The position numbers and the translations under genes are program-made. DNA of 64,000 nt, taken from Macrostomum lignano. Lineage: Eukaryota. Shown in pieces: positions 51,146 to 62,130 of this stretch. Location of the stretch: positions 310,001 to 374,000 of the forward strand of contig NIVC01000067.1 of NCBI GenBank assembly GCA_002269645.1, written 5' to 3'. Every line of letters begins with the position of its first letter. Positions within the stretch are counted from its first letter, which is position 1. The notes beneath the pieces were generated by a model. The model ran no database searches and had not been told where the DNA came from. It worked only from the letters and a program-made list of their open reading frames with translations.

Positions 51146-51919
51146 TTACAATGGGATTTTAGTTAGAACATCCTTATACAAATCTTGCTCATCCTCATCA
51201 GCTCTTGTATTTATATAGATATAGCCATACTTCTTTTTCCAAGCCTCTCTACATTTAGCCTTGAATATAGCGGGTTCATAATTCGTTTCTATATTTCTAG
51301 CAATGTGATTTAAGTTTGTATCTTTTTGTTTAAAGATTATGTAACATGTCGTATTCTCCCTGACAGTATTGCGATCTAGTTTGGTAAAATTTTGAGCTAG
51401 ATAAAAACCACAACAGTTTCCATGCCTGCCTCTCTGAAACAGACTTTCCTGAAATGTTTGATTAGCCTCTCCCAAAACATCGTCCAATATCACACATGTC
51501 TTTAGTCCATTATGAAAAATTTCTTCATTTGGAGTATGGGAAAGAGTGACAGGAATTTTCTCTATTACTTCTGAATTTTCTGATGTGCTTTGCACTCGAC
51601 CAGGGTTGGCTGCCTCTCGACAAATATGTCTAATATCTTCAGGAGATGCATCCTCACTCACCTGGTAGACATGATAGAGTGAGTTGATAAGAGAAGGTGG
51701 GAGACCATTTTCAAAGCCATATTTTAGAAACTGATACTCTGGATCCATTTGAGATGCTCTGGGAACATATAAAACTAACTCATTAAAGTCAACTAGTTTT
51801 TCAGGACTTGTAAGAATATGGAATAGTAAATATGTTTTACCCGTATTTGTAGCGCCGATAATACAACATAAAAGAGGATTAGGGAAAATAGGATCATGCT
51901 GAAATTTTACTTTGGGCAT
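51146..51919 (-). CDS. A32/FtsK-like DNA packaging ATPase
   Basis: GATNTGKT Walker A, VILDD Walker B, RGRHGNC..LAQ. Confidence 0.92.
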   Translation of the reverse strand: MPKVKFQHDPIFPNPLLCCIIGATNTGKTYLLFHILTSPEKLVDFNELVLYVPRASQMDPEYQFLKYGFENGLPPSLINSLYHVYQVSEDASPEDIRHICREAANPGRVQSTSENSEVIEKIPVTLSHTPNEEIFHNGLKTCVILDDVLGEANQTFQESLFQRGRHGNCCGFYLAQNFTKLDRNTVRENTTCYIIFKQKDTNLNHIARNIETNYEPAIFKAKCREAWKKKYGYIYINTRADEDEQDLYKDVLTKIPL

Positions 51920-51940
51920 TTAAAAAAAGAAAAAATGACC

Positions 51941-53305
51941 TTATTCGACGCGGGTCATTTGATATTCACTGGTAACTTTTATTACATTCTTTGTTTGTTC
52001 AAGAATTAGTGCAAAAGCAGTCAGCTCAACATTTGTTGACTTCTTGATAAATAATTGAATATTCACTCCACTCTTGACCAGAAACTCATCTTGAGCTGTT
52101 AGATCAAAGCAAAAGATTGGATAGATGGTTAGAAAGTCTTGTTTATTGAATGGAGGAGTTACACCGAAACGGCTGCAGATGTCTTCGTACATTTCATACG
52201 CTCTGTGAATGTCTTGAGCTACTGGATCAATTTCAACATAATCATTCGGATACATCACCTGATTTAATCTGACTTGAAGCTGGGTTATTTTCACTGCATT
52301 TGCTCCAGTTTTGTAAGACACATACTTGTGATCATTAACTATATATGATGGGTTGTTTACGTCATATTTGAAAGCTACAAAGATTGCAAGTGGCATATTG
52401 GAGATGTTGGCTATGTTCCATGTATATGGACTTCCTTGAATGAGTTGTGGTGGAACCGTTACCCTCTCTGGAAATGATACTGTAATGTCCTTGTTGAGTG
52501 ATTTTAGAAAAGCTGCTTCAGCACTGGGTGACAAAGTAATAGCAGGGATCCAAATCTCAAAGCTATTAATAGTTAACTTAGCTTCCGTCCCGGCAGCTCC
52601 AAAGAAAATTTCAGCATCGTTAGTCTTTCTTGTCCATGTGAATTTATATTTAATTCCTTTGCTAATCTTCTGCCAATCAAGGAACCCAATGAGAGGTGTT
52701 AATGATAGTTTGATTGTTCCACCTCTGTTTGGAGCATTAGTGACATTGTTATAATTTTCAAGCCTCCTAATGTATCCAGTATTCGAATCCTTCTTATTGA
52801 GTCTATTTTTCATAGCGATTGCTGCAGTTCTCACAGCTTCAGCATCTGCGTTGTTTGCTAGAGGTATATCAGAAACAGTCCCAGCATCTCCAGTGTCTGG
52901 AATCCATCCGTATGCTTCTCCAACTTCATTCATTAATTTTGAGTACATTACGGACTTTAAGATTGTGTCATACTCTCCAGGATCATTATAGACTTTCTTT
53001 GTTCCTCCAATGTCAACTATGAGTTGAGAGAAAAGTCTCATAGGCCAATTATGTTCTAGAGTAATGTTCGTATTCAAGTCGGTGTTATCTCGTTGTGTTA
53101 TTGAGTATTTTATACAACCGAATGCCTCTGACATGAGAATGTATGACTCTGTTGAATTGACTTCATGAACTATTTGACCTCCTGCAACATTGAGATTATT
53201 AGTGCTACCTGGAGTTGGAGAAATCTTAATATAGTCTTCTTTCTTTTTGAAAAAGCTAAAAGTTTTGTCCTCATATATGCTCAGTATATCCTTTTTGTTC
53301 TCCAT
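51941..53305 (-). CDS. major capsid protein (double jelly-roll)
   Basis: 454-aa beta-rich ORF, LQVRLNQVMYP and YPIFCFDLT motifs, next to ATPase and penton. Confidence 0.8.
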   Translation of the reverse strand: MENKKDILSIYEDKTFSFFKKKEDYIKISPTPGSTNNLNVAGGQIVHEVNSTESYILMSEAFGCIKYSITQRDNTDLNTNITLEHNWPMRLFSQLIVDIGGTKKVYNDPGEYDTILKSVMYSKLMNEVGEAYGWIPDTGDAGTVSDIPLANNADAEAVRTAAIAMKNRLNKKDSNTGYIRRLENYNNVTNAPNRGGTIKLSLTPLIGFLDWQKISKGIKYKFTWTRKTNDAEIFFGAAGTEAKLTINSFEIWIPAITLSPSAEAAFLKSLNKDITVSFPERVTVPPQLIQGSPYTWNIANISNMPLAIFVAFKYDVNNPSYIVNDHKYVSYKTGANAVKITQLQVRLNQVMYPNDYVEIDPVAQDIHRAYEMYEDICSRFGVTPPFNKQDFLTIYPIFCFDLTAQDEFLVKSGVNIQLFIKKSTNVELTAFALILEQTKNVIKVTSEYQMTRVE

Positions 53306-53325
53306 TTTTATAAGAGAAATTTCAA

Positions 53326-53778
53326 CTAAGCTTCATGAGGTCTAAGAATTATCCCATTACCCTGTTTCTCCTTTTCAACTTTAAAAGTCTTTAGCAGCCA
53401 CTTGACTGCTTCGCTGGGTACTTGTTCGACTCTTTTAGCCGCATCAACTAATACTCCACTCCCTTGAGCCTTTTTCAACTCTTCTAGTTTTTGCCGTTCA
53501 ATGCTTTCTATTGTCTTATTATGTTTAGCATTGTTGGCTGTATTAACACTTTTTGCAATCATTGTACCAACTCCTGAGGCTGCTCCGATACCACCCAAAA
53601 TTGCTGGTAGTAAGCCTAATAGAGGAATTATTCCACCTTCATGTTCTTTCTGTTTCTCTTGCAATTCTCGAATCTTCTCTTTAGAAAGATATTGCTTTTG
53701 CTTATTTACAGTAACATATCTTGGTTTTCCCTCTCGAACATATCGATTGAGTCTTGCTTCAGTGTTTTTCTCGCTCAT
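53326..53778 (-). CDS. core/membrane-active precursor-like protein
   Basis: EGG|IIPLLGLLPAILGGIGAASG; QGSG and QGNG sites. Confidence 0.6.
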   Translation of the reverse strand: MSEKNTEARLNRYVREGKPRYVTVNKQKQYLSKEKIRELQEKQKEHEGGIIPLLGLLPAILGGIGAASGVGTMIAKSVNTANNAKHNKTIESIERQKLEELKKAQGSGVLVDAAKRVEQVPSEAVKWLLKTFKVEKEKQGNGIILRPHEA

Positions 53779-53786
53779 TTTTAAGG

Positions 53787-54209
53787 TCAGAATTTCTTCA
53801 AACCATTGCCTTGTCTCAAAGACACTTGAGACTGTTCTGCTGTTCCTAGAGCCTTTTTAACAATATCTTGAATAGCCTTATTTGATTGAGAAGCTATCTG
53901 TTGCTCTTCTTCCATTCTTTTCTTTGCTTCTTTATCTCTACGTTTCTTTTTAATATATTCCAGTTCCTCACCTGCTTTAGACATGTCACTGTATGATTTC
54001 TTCGCATCGAATATGTTCTTCGCTGTGGTAGCTGTTTTACCTATTGCATCAGCTCCACTCACAATTTTACTTCCATGATTTGATAAAAAGTTTGTGACAC
54101 CACTGATCATATCACCAATTCCTTCACCCTCTTTATCAGCTAGTAGTTGTGAATCAGACGTTTCAATCTGACCTTTCGCCCGTTTGCAGTTTGTTCGATA
54201 GGCGCTCAT
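53787..54209 (-). CDS. core protein with a pVI-like amphipathic helix
   Basis: GEG|IGDMISGVTNFLS helix, basic C-terminal half, QGNG site. Confidence 0.55.
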   Translation of the reverse strand: MSAYRTNCKRAKGQIETSDSQLLADKEGEGIGDMISGVTNFLSNHGSKIVSGADAIGKTATTAKNIFDAKKSYSDMSKAGEELEYIKKKRRDKEAKKRMEEEQQIASQSNKAIQDIVKKALGTAEQSQVSLRQGNGLKKF

Positions 54210-55436
54210 TTTTAGTTGAAAAATTTGCTGGTAGAAGCTGGGATTTGTAAAATGATCCAATGATTTCTTCTCCATTCTCATCCTCAATAATGTAGGTTAT
54301 GGGATTGGAGTAAACTATTTTCTTTATCCTAAACACTTCTGAAATTTTCCAATATCCTCTTCGACCCTTTTCAAAGTGCTCCTTATATCTATAGATATGA
54401 ACTTTGTCACCTACTTTGAAGTTTGGTTTCTCATTTGAATACTCGAAAGTTGGCTTTGGTACTCGCTCAGGATGTTTAGATGCTTCTGAAGGAGTTATCA
54501 GAATCTCAGAATGGATTGTGTTGTTGTATTTTTCAACAATAGCTGGCAATGTGTGGAGCCACTTCTGATTACCCTGTAGATCAAATTCAAACCAGAGTTT
54601 ATTTGTGAGAGTACGATTGAACCTCTCAATCATTGCATTCTTGGACTCGCCATAAATTGAAAACATCTTGTTAATATATTCACCCTTTCATCCTTCTTTC
54701 TAATGTTGTCTTTTGAAAACGAGTATAGCTTGTACATATGCTGATTATAAAACTCCTTGCCTTCATCTACACAAAGTCTCTCTGATCGTCTTCCTGATTC
54801 CTTAAATACTTTTTGGAAAGCTTCTGCAACTTCCGCTCCCGTCTTTGTTTTCAAAGGAACTGCCCAGGCGTAACGTGTAAAACCATCTATGATAGTTAGA
54901 GCATATTTGTAACCTCTTTCGGGCGGTAGGATAATGATATCTGCATGCCAAATTGTGTCTTTTGCATAGTGAATCATTTTTCTAAATACTCTTGGCTTTC
55001 GATATTCTTTATGCAATTTTACTGCATCTTCATAGCTAAGACCCTTACCATAAATTGTTAGACAGTCAATACAATTGTTGGGGTTGTGAGTATGAATGCC
55101 TAATCCAAACCGAACTTTAGCCTTGATAATACGCTTTACTAGATTTCGAATGAGTCTCTCTTTCACAGACAAGTCACTGGTTGGAATAGCATCTAAATCA
55201 GCTATCATTTTTTCATCAGCTATATGCTTCTTTGCTAGAGCTTCCTCTGGATTTGAAGAAGTGTTTTCAGCATCTCTATAGTTTTTGTCATGATAGTAAG
55301 CAGTCCAATCGATTGGGTTAATTGGTAGACTGTCATACCGAGGCCGGTCTGTAATTGGATTGAGTCTCTTGTCTAAATTTGTACCCGGCAGTTGTTCCTC
55401 AATCTTTCGAAAGAGGCTGGACTTTATCTTAAGGCT
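54163..55436 (-). pseudogene. int: PLA2-like domain fused in frame to an rve integrase; frameshift at ~54685
   Basis: PGTNLDKRL..NPIDWTAYYHDKNY..ADEKM, then WHADI, IDGFTRY, VDEGKEF, IERFNRTL. Confidence 0.85.
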
Positions 55437-55503
55437 TCATCAGGATTGACCAGATCCTTCAGCCCCACCCCCATTAAGTCTCTGAACCTTCTCCATATCC
55501 TTG

Positions 55504-56189
55504 TCAACTTCGTTCGGACTTAGGAGCTTGGCTGCGGATTTCCACCATGTCCTCAAGCTTGTTACCATCGAACCATAGGTTCGCGGACGAAGTCCGATTG
55601 GGAACAGGAATTACCTGTGTTCCTTCAGAAGATTTCTCAACTGAAGTGGTACTTGAGGCTGTTATTGACGTACTAGAATCGGACGGAGTTCCCGCAATTT
55701 GAAGGTGTCGCCAATCACTAAGCACTTGTTTAATGTTGGTTATAATGTTTTTGTATTGATCACCATAAAGAAATTTCAATGCAAATTCTCCTGTTATAAG
55801 GGTGATTCCATTGTCTAGTAAAATATTCTTAGGTTCCTTTGTAGTTTTATTGATGCATACATAATACAACTGATAGATGGGATAAGAATTTTTATAGTCT
55901 AATAGTTTCTGATAATTCCTTTCACGACTTGATGAATGTCCGTGTTATCAGAAGATTTAAGCTCTAATGCAATCTTTCGCTCAACGTGAACCAGGTCAAT
56001 CTTTTTTACCTTCTCGAATCCAAAATAATTTTCTGCTAATATTTCATATAGTCTGCCTAGTCTCATTTGAATAACTTTAATCTTGTGTGAAATTATTAAC
56101 TCTTCTTGGAAAAGATCATGAAGAATTTGATCATGCCCAACCTTATCATCAATTGGTTTCAGAAGAATTTCTCGAATTGTTTGCTCCAT
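55504..56189 (-). pseudogene. PD-(D/E)xK restriction-endonuclease-like protein, one frameshift at ~55936
   Basis: QMRLGRLYE..IDL..ELKSSDNTD(N)SSSRERNYQKL when one A is restored. Confidence 0.65.
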
Positions 56190-56347
56190 TTTTACTATAG
56201 AAACTTTAACAAGTGCTTATTTGATGACTAGCAAGGACATTGACTTCCTCACTCAGGCCACTACGTAACCTGCAAAAGAATACCCTGGAATATGAAGTTC
56301 TCCTGGGTATTTTCCAGTGGCGAAGATGGGTGGTAGTTTTGTTATAG

Positions 56348-56913
56348 CTGACTGAATATCTAAAGCATTTCCTAGAAATAATGGTTTACTGAAGGCCATT
56401 TTATATATATAAAATTTACTATCGTTGAATTGGATGACACTTTCATATTGTATATACCTGAAATTGCATTAAATTGACCCGTGAATCCAACTTTTCTCAT
56501 GGTTTTAGAGCTGGAATCGTGAAAATTGCACTTTTTAAAAAAATTAGAAAATCACAAAAAATCGCTGTTTTCAGACCATTTTCACCTGTTTTTAGTCATT
56601 TTTCACTTATTTTTAGTGATTTTCAAAATGAGTGAGGGCATGAGGGCGAGGGCACCCCCCCTTTTTAAAAGTATAAAAATTCCGGAAAATCTGTGTTCGG
56701 TGAAATATTCCACAGGCCAATGCCCCCCACATGCCCTCACCCTCAACACCCTCACTCACAGATATATGTATATTTACATATCACACACCCACTTGAATCC
56801 ATGACCTCCTGGTAGTAGTAGTATGTTATAAGGGGCTGAGTCATCCAGCGAGCTGGCGCGCAATGCGCCCGAGCAATTAAGTGTGGCGCAGCCCCTTATA
56901 ACATACTACTACT
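56348..56913 (-). repeat. right TIR of Polinton 2 (566 bp)
   Basis: Inverse of 38665-39246. Confidence 0.95.
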
Positions 56914-56967
56914 GACAGTCACATTTTACTATGTTTAAAGCCAAAATGGATTACCGTTAGCAATATT

Positions 56968-59372
56968 GGGCCGTATGCAGAAAGCTTAGTCCAGACTAGC
57001 TAGTCCGGACCACAGATACTAAAAACACTAGATGGGTCACTTAATGCAAATTCGCTCGATGTCTGAATAGCCTACTCTCTTCTGGGCATATGAGCGCGCA
57101 AGACTATCGATTTTTGTTTTTCCACGTCAGCGCTATGGTTTGAGCCATAGACAAAAGTTTCTAGCAACGAAATTCAGCTTACTACGAGGGAGAATCAAAA
57201 AGTAGTAGTAGGGGTTCACCATGGCTTTCCTATGAGAAATCAGAGCTAAGCAAGGAGTGTATTTGTCTAACTTTTCTCCTTTGCAAGTACGCTATTTTGT
57301 TTTCCAAGTGTTGCCAAGACTAATCAGGGAGAAGCCACTTCAGAGAGAAGACGTCAATTAAGCGGCGCATCAGACTGTCCTTTCAGGAAGAGGGCGTTTG
57401 TGAAGTTACCATGAAGCTGATGAGAAAAAAGTTGCAAGACGTCTGCACAGAGCCAAATTTACCAGCCGGATCAAGCGCATCTTTTGCCGAAACCGTGCCG
57501 ACGACACGCACAGATGAGGTGCTTCAATGCAGTTTGCTTCTCCTGACACATCAATCGAAGCCATTGTTGCTGGCTACGTGTAGCAAAAAGTGGTGCACTG
57601 GATTGCCTGGATTGCAAGGAAACTCTGACCGCTCAAATCCCATCTGGAGTTCACTTGGCCAACAAGCAGTACAGTGTTGTTCACACTGGATTGACAGCAC
57701 CATCGTAAGCAGTTCTGGAAAGTTTCAGTCTTTTGGAATCTTTTTTGGCTCATTACCGAAGACTAAATTGCTGCAGAATCTCGTGAGCCATTCAATATTG
57801 AGACGCTTCCGACACGCAAATGTGACCTTCCCCTCGTGCTCCGTGCGTCAAGTTCGCTTGTCTCAGGCTGCATCACTGGTGCCGCTGTGAGGCCAAATCG
57901 CTGAAGGATAGGACAGTGCGATGTTCAGCAAGCAGAAAGATAAGTAAACCCAATTAACCTTTGTATTTGTAATAAACATTTGTATCAATAAATGTTTATT
58001 GATACAAATAAACATTTAGTATCAGTATTTCGAGACAGTATTTCGTTCTGTCATTCTTCTTCAATTTGTCGATGCACATTTGCTTCTAAGTTCAACTAAC
58101 TAGCTTAAACTAAAAAACTTTATTTGGTTTTTAAAAATGCTTTTGTCGTTCCCCATTGCTATACATGTATAATACTTATTTTTTTGAAATCATCTTTGTT
58201 TATATGAAAAGCTGATATGACCTGTGCATAAAAATACACAAGTGCTACGTGCATGCCACTATTAACAATTTTTCACGAAGCCCACATTTTTGCTCAAAGT
58301 TTTCATTGCCCGTCCGTGTGATAGAAAAATGAGGACCTGAAATGTCATAACTTTTCAATCTGCATCATAATAAAATTTTACTTGATGCACAAATATATCA
58401 AAAAAACTCTATACAGACGCCCAATTAAAAGTAGCTTATTCATTAAATAGGCGAGTGACCCATCTAGTGTTTTTATTATCTATGGTCCGGACTGGGTAGT
58501 TCTGTCTATGGTCTTAAAATCGGTATGCACAAAAGCTAGTCGCGACTACCGAGATTCGTCTAGGCTAGACTAGTCTAAGCTAGACAGAGCGCCCAACTTT
58601 AGCGCCTAGTTTCAATGATTTTTTTAGTTCTATGGCCCAAACCCCTGTAAATGCTTTCTGTTTATATACTGGGTCGCTAACTTAACCGTTCCTATACTGG
58701 TTCTCTGTGCATATGCGTACATACTTCTGAAATGTCAGCGACAACAGACTACGAAACAGTTCTTCTTGACATTCTACAAAGACATTCGGCTTCAATTTTG
58801 TCGAAGGGCCAAACCTTGAAGTCATTAGAGGACATTTTTGGAGCTGGCCCGCCTCCAGTCTTCTTCGTAGTTTTTTTCCTTAACTCGTTGCAAGATGTTT
58901 TTCCATTTTTTCTGCACCTGGTCGATCGTGTAATTGGTCTTGAAGTGGTCGTTTACTTGAGATGTTACGTCTTCCCAAGCGTTTGCCCTTCTTCGCCTGA
59001 ATGCAGGCGTTTGGCCCTTCGACAAAATTGAAGCCGAATGTCTTTGTAGAATGTCAAGAAGAACTGTTTCGTAGTCTGTTGTCGCTGACATTTCAGAAGT
59101 ATACGCATATGCACAGAGAACCAGTATAGGAACGGTTAAGTTAGCGACCCAGTATATAAACAGAAAGCATTTACAGGGGTTTGGGCCATAGAACTAAAAA
59201 AAATCATTGAAACTAGGCGCTAAAGTTGGGCGCTCTGTCTAGCTTAGACTAGTCTAGCCTAGACGAATCTCGGTAGTCGCGACTAGCTTTTGTGCATACC
59301 GATTTTAAGACCATAGACAGAACTACCCAGTCCGGACTAGCTAGTCTGGACTAAGCTTTCTGCATACGGCCC
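56968..59372. mobile_element. Harbinger/PIF-like non-autonomous element
   Basis: Perfect 43-bp TIRs starting GGGCCGTATG; ATT duplication at 56965-56967 and 59373-59375; Myb/SANT ORF; no transposase recognised. Confidence 0.8.
58825..59091 (-). pseudogene. Myb/SANT-like (trihelix) DNA-binding protein of Harbinger type, frameshifted and truncated
   Basis: E..LL.IL..H..IL..AWEDVTSQVN..YTIDQVQKKWKNI; KKTGGGP in the +1 frame after an A7 run. Confidence 0.8.
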
Positions 59373-60056
59373 ATTGAATCAGTTAATACGAGTATGTAGC
59401 CTAAGATGCGCTCGTAACAGCATCCATCTTTGACCTGTGGTATCTCAGATTCCCTCCTCGGTCTATGGCCTAACCCAAACCCCAATCCAAACTCTCCCTT
59501 TGATGCTCTAAGCAACTCCCAAGGACAACTTGATAACTGCCAACTTGACAACTTGGGTGAGTTCGCCACAACGCACCCAAACAATCGACGATACGACATT
59601 GCCACTATGCTCCAATCTGCTTTGCTTTACCTGATTAGCAGTATGTCAACGGTCAGCTCTTTGTAGAACATGCTCTATTTATCATAGTCAGCTCTTGTCC
59701 CGTTCTGTGACTGTTATTTTCCTCTCTGTTTGTAGTTCAGATGAAGAAAGAATCGTAAATTTTTTGCGAGTTTCCTTATACATGCTGCATGTACAGCTTT
59801 CCCATTGTGTATTTTCACGATGTTTACTTTATGTAATAAAACTATTCAACATTTAAGAAAACCGACCCGCACCCGCCTTCTGACTTCCTATCAAAAAGGC
59901 AAATATGATACGAGTATACATTGGCAACTGAAAGAATGTGCATACGGATGGGCCATAGAACAATGCTTTTAAACAAGCCTCATACTTTTTTCGCCATGAA
60001 TTGGCTCGTTTCCGGTCCTGAGTTATCAAGTTGTCCTTGGCAACTCCCCATTGGGT

Positions 60057-60358
60057 TTTAGCACCTCAGCAACACCCCCTGGGGCCCTAGCACCTCAGCA
60101 ACTCCCCCTTGAGTCCTAGCACCTCAACAACTCCCCCTTGAGTCCTAGCACCTCAGCAACTCCCCCTTGAGTCCTAGCACCTCAGCAACTCCCCCTTGAG
60201 TCCTAGCACCTCAGCAACTCCCCCTTGAGTCCTAGCACCTCAGCAACTCCCCCTTGAGTCCTAGCACCTCAGCAACCCTCCTTGAGCCCTACTACCTCAG
60301 CAACCCCCCCCCCCCGAGCCCAAGCGCCTCAGAAACCCCCATCTGAGCCCTAGCACTT
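60057..60358. repeat. 29-bp minisatellite (CCTAGCACCTCAGCAACTCCCCCTTGAGT)n
   Basis: Direct observation. Confidence 0.9.
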
Positions 60359-60659
60359 CAATAACCTCTTTCAAAAAGTGCACGAGGAATCAGAAAATGC
60401 AAACTTCATTTACGGTAAATATCTGCCTGATAAATAAATAGCCCCACTTCAAAGAAAAGGCGCAACCTGACTCCCAACCGACTCAATATTGACTACAAGA
60501 TAGATCTTTTTGTGATGAAAAAGACGATTGGGAGAAATGAACGCGAGAAATCGAAGAGCATCGCAGCAAATATTAAAATTCTCTCTTCGTGCTTTTAAAA
60601 AGCTTATATTTCCTTCGGTAATAGAGGAGCATCTGGCTGGAATTCTTTTTTTGTGGCTA

Positions 60660-61075
60660 AAGAGTAGAACGGAGAGTAGAACAGAAAATAACAGAAAATA
60701 ACAGAGTAGAACAAAATAGAACAGAGTAGAACAGAGTAGAACAGAGTAGAACAGAGTAGAACAGAGTAGAACAGAGTAGAACAGAGTAGAACAAAGTAGA
60801 ACAGAGTAGAACAAAGTAGAACCGAATAGAACAGAGTAGAACAGAGTAGAACAGAGTAGAACAGAGTAGAACAAAATAGAACAGAGTAGAACAGAGTAGA
60901 ACCGAGTAGAACAGAGTAGAACAGAGTAGAACAGAGTAGAACAAAATAGAACAGAGTAGAACAGAGTAGAACAGAGTAGAACAGAGTAGAGCAGAGTAGA
61001 ACAGAGTAGAACAGAGTAGAACAGAGTAGAGCAGAGTAGAACAGAGTAGAACGGAGCAGAGCAGAGTTGTGTAGA
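60660..61075. repeat. 10-bp repeat (AGAACAGAGT)n
   Basis: Direct observation. Confidence 0.95.
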
Positions 61076-61525
61076 GCAGAGCTCATCTCATATCAATCAT
61101 TGGGTCATCCCTATTTTATGAATGAGAAGCACACGCATTCAGCTAAAATCAATGAAGCCTCTCCATTGGCTGCAACTTCCCGGGCCGATCACAGCACATA
61201 CTGCAGTGCACTTGTACAAGTTAACCATCTATTAAGCCTATATCTCACATTAGAATTAGGAATCGAATAGCCTAGTTTAGTGCATCCTCAACTGAGCTCG
61301 TCTCAAACTCAGACTATAGCTATAACTGCTCAAACTAAAGTGCAACAGTGGGCATTGATATGCTGCATCCGGGACACGGCAAAATTGCTCCATCTGTTCG
61401 ATCAGAGGCTGGCCAGCAGCTCGGCCGGGTGCCCAGTCTGCAGAAGAGGCACGCCTACGCCAACAAGCCCTGCCGGTCATCGGATGACGCATGCTTTGCC
61501 GAGGAGATCGGGTGAGAGTGAGGCT

Positions 61526-62120
61526 GTGTGATCAGACTGGGAACTGGCTATATGATCAGACTGGGAACTGGCTATATGATCATACTGGGAACTGGCTGTA
61601 TGATCAGACTGGAAACTGGCTGTATGATCAGACTGGGAACTGGGTGTATGATCAGACTGGAAACTGGCTGTATGATCAGACTGGAAACTGGCTATATGAT
61701 CAGACTGGGAACTGGCTATATGATCAGACTGGAAACTGGCTGTATGATCAGACTGGGAACTGGGTGTATGATCAGACTGGAAACTGGCTGTATGATCAGA
61801 CTGGAAACTGGCTGTATGATCAGACTGGGAACTGGGTGTATGATCAGACTGGGAACTGGCTGTATGATCAGACTGGGAACTGGCTATATGATCAGACTGG
61901 AAACTGGCTGTATGATCAGACTGGGAACTGGGTGTATGATCAGACTGGGAACTGGCTGTATGATCAGACTGGAAACTGGCTGTGTGATCAGACTGGGAAC
62001 TGGCTGTATGATCAGACTGGAAACTGGCTGTGTGATCAGACTGGGAACTGGCTGTATGATCAGACTGGAAACTGGCTGTATGATCAGACTGAGAACTGGC
62101 TGTATGATCAGACTGGGAAT
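61526..62120. repeat. 24-bp minisatellite (GATCAGACTGGGAACTGGCTGTAT)n
   Basis: Direct observation. Confidence 0.95.
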
Positions 62121-62130
62121 TGGTAGTAGA

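Larger units (their letters stand above)
38665..56913. mobile_element. Polinton/Maverick (adintovirus-like) element 2, 18.25 kb, both ends present
   Basis: AGTAGTAGT termini, long TIRs, and pPolB, integrase, ATPase, protease, major and minor capsid genes; no TSD (GATCCA vs GACAGT). Confidence 0.95.

Noticed and set aside
56914-56967. Continuation of the truncated Polinton 1 membrane gene beyond Polinton 2
   Set aside because: Joining the flanks gives an in-frame TGA two codons upstream, and there is no TSD
57411-57890. Harbinger transposase
   Set aside because: No recognisable DDE motifs on either strand
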